A DNA stretch of 62,449 bases, counting the filler, from Globobulimina sp. (taxonomy: Eukaryota): the NCBI GenBank assembly GCA_003354225.1. It is 32 parts of 32 records of this genome, joined end to end, with 100 filler letters (N's around TTAATTAATTAA, not from the genome) between each part and the next. Parts side by side here need not be neighbours in the genome. Positions count along the whole stretch, not along the records: positions 58,643 to 60,496 come from PIVH01011207.1; positions 60,597 to 62,449 come from PIVH01011208.1; 30 more parts are not named here. One strand, 5' to 3'. Shown here piece after piece: positions 58,643 through 62,449 of this stretch. The notes under the pieces are model-generated. The model was not told where the DNA came from and did no database searches. It saw only the letters and a program-made list of their open reading frames with translations. Every line of letters begins with the position of its first letter. Positions within the stretch are counted from its first letter, which is position 1. The translations under genes and the position numbers were made by a program.

Positions 58643-60496
58643 CATTGACGGAAAAATATAATGCCAGTAAAGCAGAGCTGATTGAAATGGATAAAAAATT
58701 AAAATTAGCGTCGCAGCAATTGGAAAATGTCAGCATGAAAAGAAAAGGTGAGGATCCTAGTGATCATACATTAAAAAATAATTTTTATGAATTGCGACGT
58801 GGCGTGGAACAAATGGAGAATAACAAACATGCGATGCAGATTGAAAAAACTGAATTAAATAAGCAAATAAATGCATTGCAAACGAAATACTGCGCATTGT
58901 TCAATGAACATAACAGTCTGATTCAACAATATCAAGCTGCTAAGCACAAGCTATCGGAGATGAAATTGGAGCAAAGCGGTGTGTTTATTGAGAGGGATTT
59001 ATTGGATTATAAAGTGGTACAATTGAAAGGGGATAAATCTAACACTGCTAAACAACTAAATAATTTACGCGCAGCCTATTTTGAGCAAAGTAGTAAATTC
59101 AAAACAGAACACACTGAGTTATATAAAAAATATCAGCAGATAAGCGGTGAACGGGAGCGCTTTAAAATTGAAATGGAACAATTATTAAACGAGAAACAAA
59201 CGTTACAACAGATACTAACTCAATATCAGACACAAACGGATAATAATAATGCGGACCTACAGCCAAAATTGGATCAATTATTGATAAAAAATGCGCAAAT
59301 ATCGTCGAAATTAACTCTCGCTGTGTCTGAGAATAAAGAGTTGAACGAGAAATTGAACACTGCACAATTACATATTGATGAATTAAATATTGCCGGTGAT
59401 GAAACAAAAAACGATGATAAATATAGCAAAGATATGATTGCAAATATAAAGGATAAATTAGTGGAGAAAACTGATGAATATCAACAATTGCAAATCAATT
59501 ATCAGCAGCAAGAAAATAAGGCGGTTAAATCCAAGCATGATTTACAAACTTTGCTCAGTTCCTTTAATAATTTATCCGCAGAAAATGAACAGCTCCATTC
59601 GGAGAACCAAGCGCTTTATCAACAATTGCAAATTGAGCAAATCAACAAACTGGTACAGGTGCAGTCGTCCACAGTGGAAAGCAGTGTTGGTGTCGAGCAA
59701 GAAGCCGCTGATAAAGATACAAAAGTTAGTATTAACTTACAGTCATTGGTAAAACGAGGCAAATTATTAACAGAGCAATGTGCTGATTTACATGTTGCAA
59801 ATAACAAATTAGAGAGCAATAACGGCCAATTAACACAGAAAATATGTGATTTAGAACAGCAAATCTCATTACTAAATATAAGCAATGACAGCAATGATAC
59901 CGTTGATCCAACGAAAGCAAAGCAAGAATGCAAAGCTGTGGTATTAATCGATAGTGATCATCACGACTCTGTATTGCGTGAATTAAGGCATCGCAACGAA
60001 CAGTTATTGAAACAAATGCGTTCCTTGCAACAGGATTTAGAAACTGACACTGAATTAATCGACAGGCTGCAAAAAGAAAATAGCGAAATACGCGCCAAAC
60101 TAAAAACGACTTTACAACGTCGACACTCGCCGCAGAAAATAGTGGCTGTGGACTCTAAAGGCGAACCATGGCAGGACATCATCAAAGGTTTACGCAAACA
60201 GTTGCAAGAAGCACGCAGTGATATTGCCGAATTATGCGAAGAGTCCATGGGTAAAACGCAGCATATTAATGATGTGGAATCGGCAAATTCGCAGTTAGTG
60301 CAAAATCTAAATAGTTTAGAAAAACAGCATAAAGAATTAACTGCCTCTTTAGCGGCCACACCGGCGCCGGAAGAGGAGGAAGCAGTGCCGGATGCAATTA
60401 ATGACGGGCAACTTGCGCAGGAATATGCGCGCAATGAGGAGCTGTGCGACCATATGCAGACTATGATCAATCGCATTATGACGGAGCAGAAAACAA
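58643..60496 (+). CDS. Long coiled-coil protein, internal fragment
   Basis: More than 600 codons open; Q/E/K/L heptads. Confidence 0.85.
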
Positions 60497-60896
60497 NNNN
60501 NNNNNNNNNNNNNNNNNNNNNNNNNNNNNNNNNNNNNNNNTTAATTAATTAANNNNNNNNNNNNNNNNNNNNNNNNNNNNNNNNNNNNNNNNNNNNCCTT
60601 TACCGGTGCTTTTGATTATTATCTTGATAAATAAAATCCGACTTGAAAGACTGGGAACTTTATGATGTTGATTCATCTTAAAGAAACCAGGAATCATGTT
60701 GGATGTTAAATTATGCAGGGATATATCATGAAAATATTTTTTTCCTTAGGCATCCACAACATCCTGTATATTTTCTATATTAACACACAACATGCACTTT
60801 TCATAGATTCTGTCCAAAAAAGCGAGTTCTTATCTTTTTTATCCTTCGAAATAACTTATGAAGATAGATTTTAGGAAATACAAGAACTTAAAAAAG

Positions 60897-61136
60897 TCAT
60901 TCAGATTGTTTTTTTTTGATATATGATACGATGTTTTCAATCGTATCAAAATTTTCATAAACAATATCCAATGCGGCAACTTTTATTCTGAATTCATCCT
61001 CAATAAACGCGATCAAACTTGTCAGATCCATAGAATCTAGTATTTGGGAGCTGAACAGGATTTCATTCTTCTCAATTGAACCATTATCTAAACATTCCTC
61101 GCAAATAAACCTATTAATTTGATCCTCTAATGTCAT
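60897..61136 (-). CDS. Bacterial acyl carrier protein
   Basis: LFSSQILDSMDLTSLIAFIEDEF.I....ENFDTI; SD-like AAGGTG upstream of the ATG. Confidence 0.9.
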   Translation of the reverse strand: MTLEDQINRFICEECLDNGSIEKNEILFSSQILDSMDLTSLIAFIEDEFRIKVAALDIVYENFDTIENIVSYIKKKQSE

Positions 61137-61185
61137 TGTTCGCACCTTATTGTTAATAAATGGTCACTATTGTTTTGAATAATTG

Positions 61186-62449
61186 TTATTCATATCCGGA
61201 TACTCCTCCTTTTGCAAGATATTTCACTTCAGGAGTCGGTGTAACGCTCCTGCCATTTTTTAAATATTTCGCTATACAACATAGCTTTGAAATTGGTTTC
61301 ACTCCGTTTTCAATCAATTTTCCATTATAGTCAAAAATTTCAATCGGTCTATTAAAAATTGTGTTGTGCCTGATATAAGAAGTTAAGACCTTCATGGCAT
61401 GAAGTGGACTCATGGTTGCTCCAAACTGGTTGTAACAAAAAGAAGCAAACAGTATGTCTGACATTTCGAAATCATTTCGCCGCATGTAGCGCATTCTTTC
61501 GGTCAACACTTGATAACGGAAAATGATGTCTTCCGTTTCCCTCAAATTGAGCCCCGCAATTATCGTAGCATCGCTCGTTTTGAAATAGGATCGCAACGTT
61601 TCCAAAATATCGCCCGGATCGCGAATTGAACATTTCTTAGAGCCATCCGCTTCTTTATATCCCGGGCATTCAGTACATGCCAAACAGCGATAAATGGTAA
61701 AGTTTACGATATTATGGATCCGGAAATTTACCCAGGGATGCATTTCTTTGACCTGATCGGTCACACCTTCAAGATACCGGGTAAGAAATGCATCTCTCGT
61801 ATCCATTGTGACCAATATATCGATATTAACTTTCTCCCCGTTTAGTACACCTGATTTCCCACTAGTCAGTAAGCGAGCGCTATGCGCAACTTTTTTACCC
61901 GTATCGTATGATGACTCCAAGCCCCAGGTATCCTTGAGAACTTGACCTTTATTACCTCCGATGGCGGTACCGCCATACTGGGAAGTAGGCGGGCCATTGC
62001 CGACAACGAGTGCGTTCTGGCTCAGCGCCTCCATTAATGTATAAATATTGCAAGTTTCCTGACCACCATTCCTTTTAGCTCCGACAGATGATACTCCGAC
62101 AACTTTTCCATCGAGTAACTTCTCTTTCTCGGCAAAATGCATCAGCTTATTGGCAACAGAAGAACGGTCTCCAAAATATACCGGCGAGGTTAGAATGACA
62201 CCATCGGCATCACTGATTTTATGATACAGGTTTTCGAGACGGTCTTTATTGAGCGCCAGTGAGTCAAGATGTGTTAAGCCGGTGTAGTATTGGTCAGGAT
62301 AGTGGAGATCTCTTGTTTCAACAATAGCCTTTTCCCGCACGGGAAAAATACTGCGAATGGGAAGGTAGTCTACTTGAGCACCGCAAGACTTTGCGCCTAT
62401 CAAAGAAGCAGCAGCTAAATATTCAGAGTTGCATAAAGCATCGGAGCCT
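61186..62449 (-). CDS. Bacterial flavodoxin-family / iron-sulfur flavoprotein with two flavodoxin-fold domains, 5'-partial
   Basis: NSE, ADGVILTSPVYFGDRSS, GAKRNGGQET; second domain with CLACTEC...C. No introns; higher GC. Confidence 0.88.
   Translation of the reverse strand, partial: GSDALCNSEYLAAASLIGAKSCGAQVDYLPIRSIFPVREKAIVETRDLHYPDQYYTGLTHLDSLALNKDRLENLYHKISDADGVILTSPVYFGDRSSVANKLMHFAEKEKLLDGKVVGVSSVGAKRNGGQETCNIYTLMEALSQNALVVGNGPPTSQYGGTAIGGNKGQVLKDTWGLESSYDTGKKVAHSARLLTSGKSGVLNGEKVNIDILVTMDTRDAFLTRYLEGVTDQVKEMHPWVNFRIHNIVNFTIYRCLACTECPGYKEADGSKKCSIRDPGDILETLRSYFKTSDATIIAGLNLRETEDIIFRYQVLTERMRYMRRNDFEMSDILFASFCYNQFGATMSPLHAMKVLTSYIRHNTIFNRPIEIFDYNGKLIENGVKPISKLCCIAKYLKNGRSVTPTPEVKYLAKGGVSGYE

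Noticed and set aside
59162-60476. Antisense ORFs within the coiled-coil gene (similar shadows occur in TPP2, RdRP and the LINE)
   Set aside because: They are shadow frames of genuine coding sequence.
1857-60596. Regularly spaced TTAATTAATTAA as a CRISPR-like or biological repeat
   Set aside because: It is always embedded in fixed N runs and is a six-frame-stop assembly linker.

Overview
This window is not one locus. It is 32 unrelated contigs of 1853-1856 bp, sorted by decreasing length and joined by an artificial 100-bp spacer (44 N, TTAATTAATTAA, 44 N), so neighbourhood inferences hold only within a contig. Most contigs come from an AT-rich, gene-dense protist with short GT-AG introns; a foraminiferan or other rhizarian is my inference from the gene-family style. 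Its genes include TPP2, Psf2, KDSR, FKBP, ABCG, CYB5D1, a Piezo-like channel, a sulfatase, a sulfotransferase, an aquaporin, a trypsin and BTB/MATH/SPRY/ART proteins. A few contigs look animal or nematode-like (intron-containing hAT transposase, intron-containing Maverick/Polinton-type integrase, Naiad-type Penelope-like retroelement). The last contig is bacterial (double flavodoxin-fold protein plus acyl carrier protein). The most notable observations are: (1) a spliced Maverick-type integrase packed 3 bp behind a spliced C2H2 zinc-finger gene; (2) an intact RNAi-type RdRP homolog whose DxDGD catalytic motif reads TLNGE; (3) a permuted (GIY-YIG-first) Penelope-like element; (4) a recurring LxxGYxR...PxxIxxxY/F motif on several contigs that may be a lineage-specific ubiquitin-ligase adaptor box; (5) an H-STS-ExE ADP-ribosyltransferase-like protein; (6) an NPC/NIA aquaporin; (7) several MITE-like or foldback elements. 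All family calls come from motif recognition by eye; no database searches were run.
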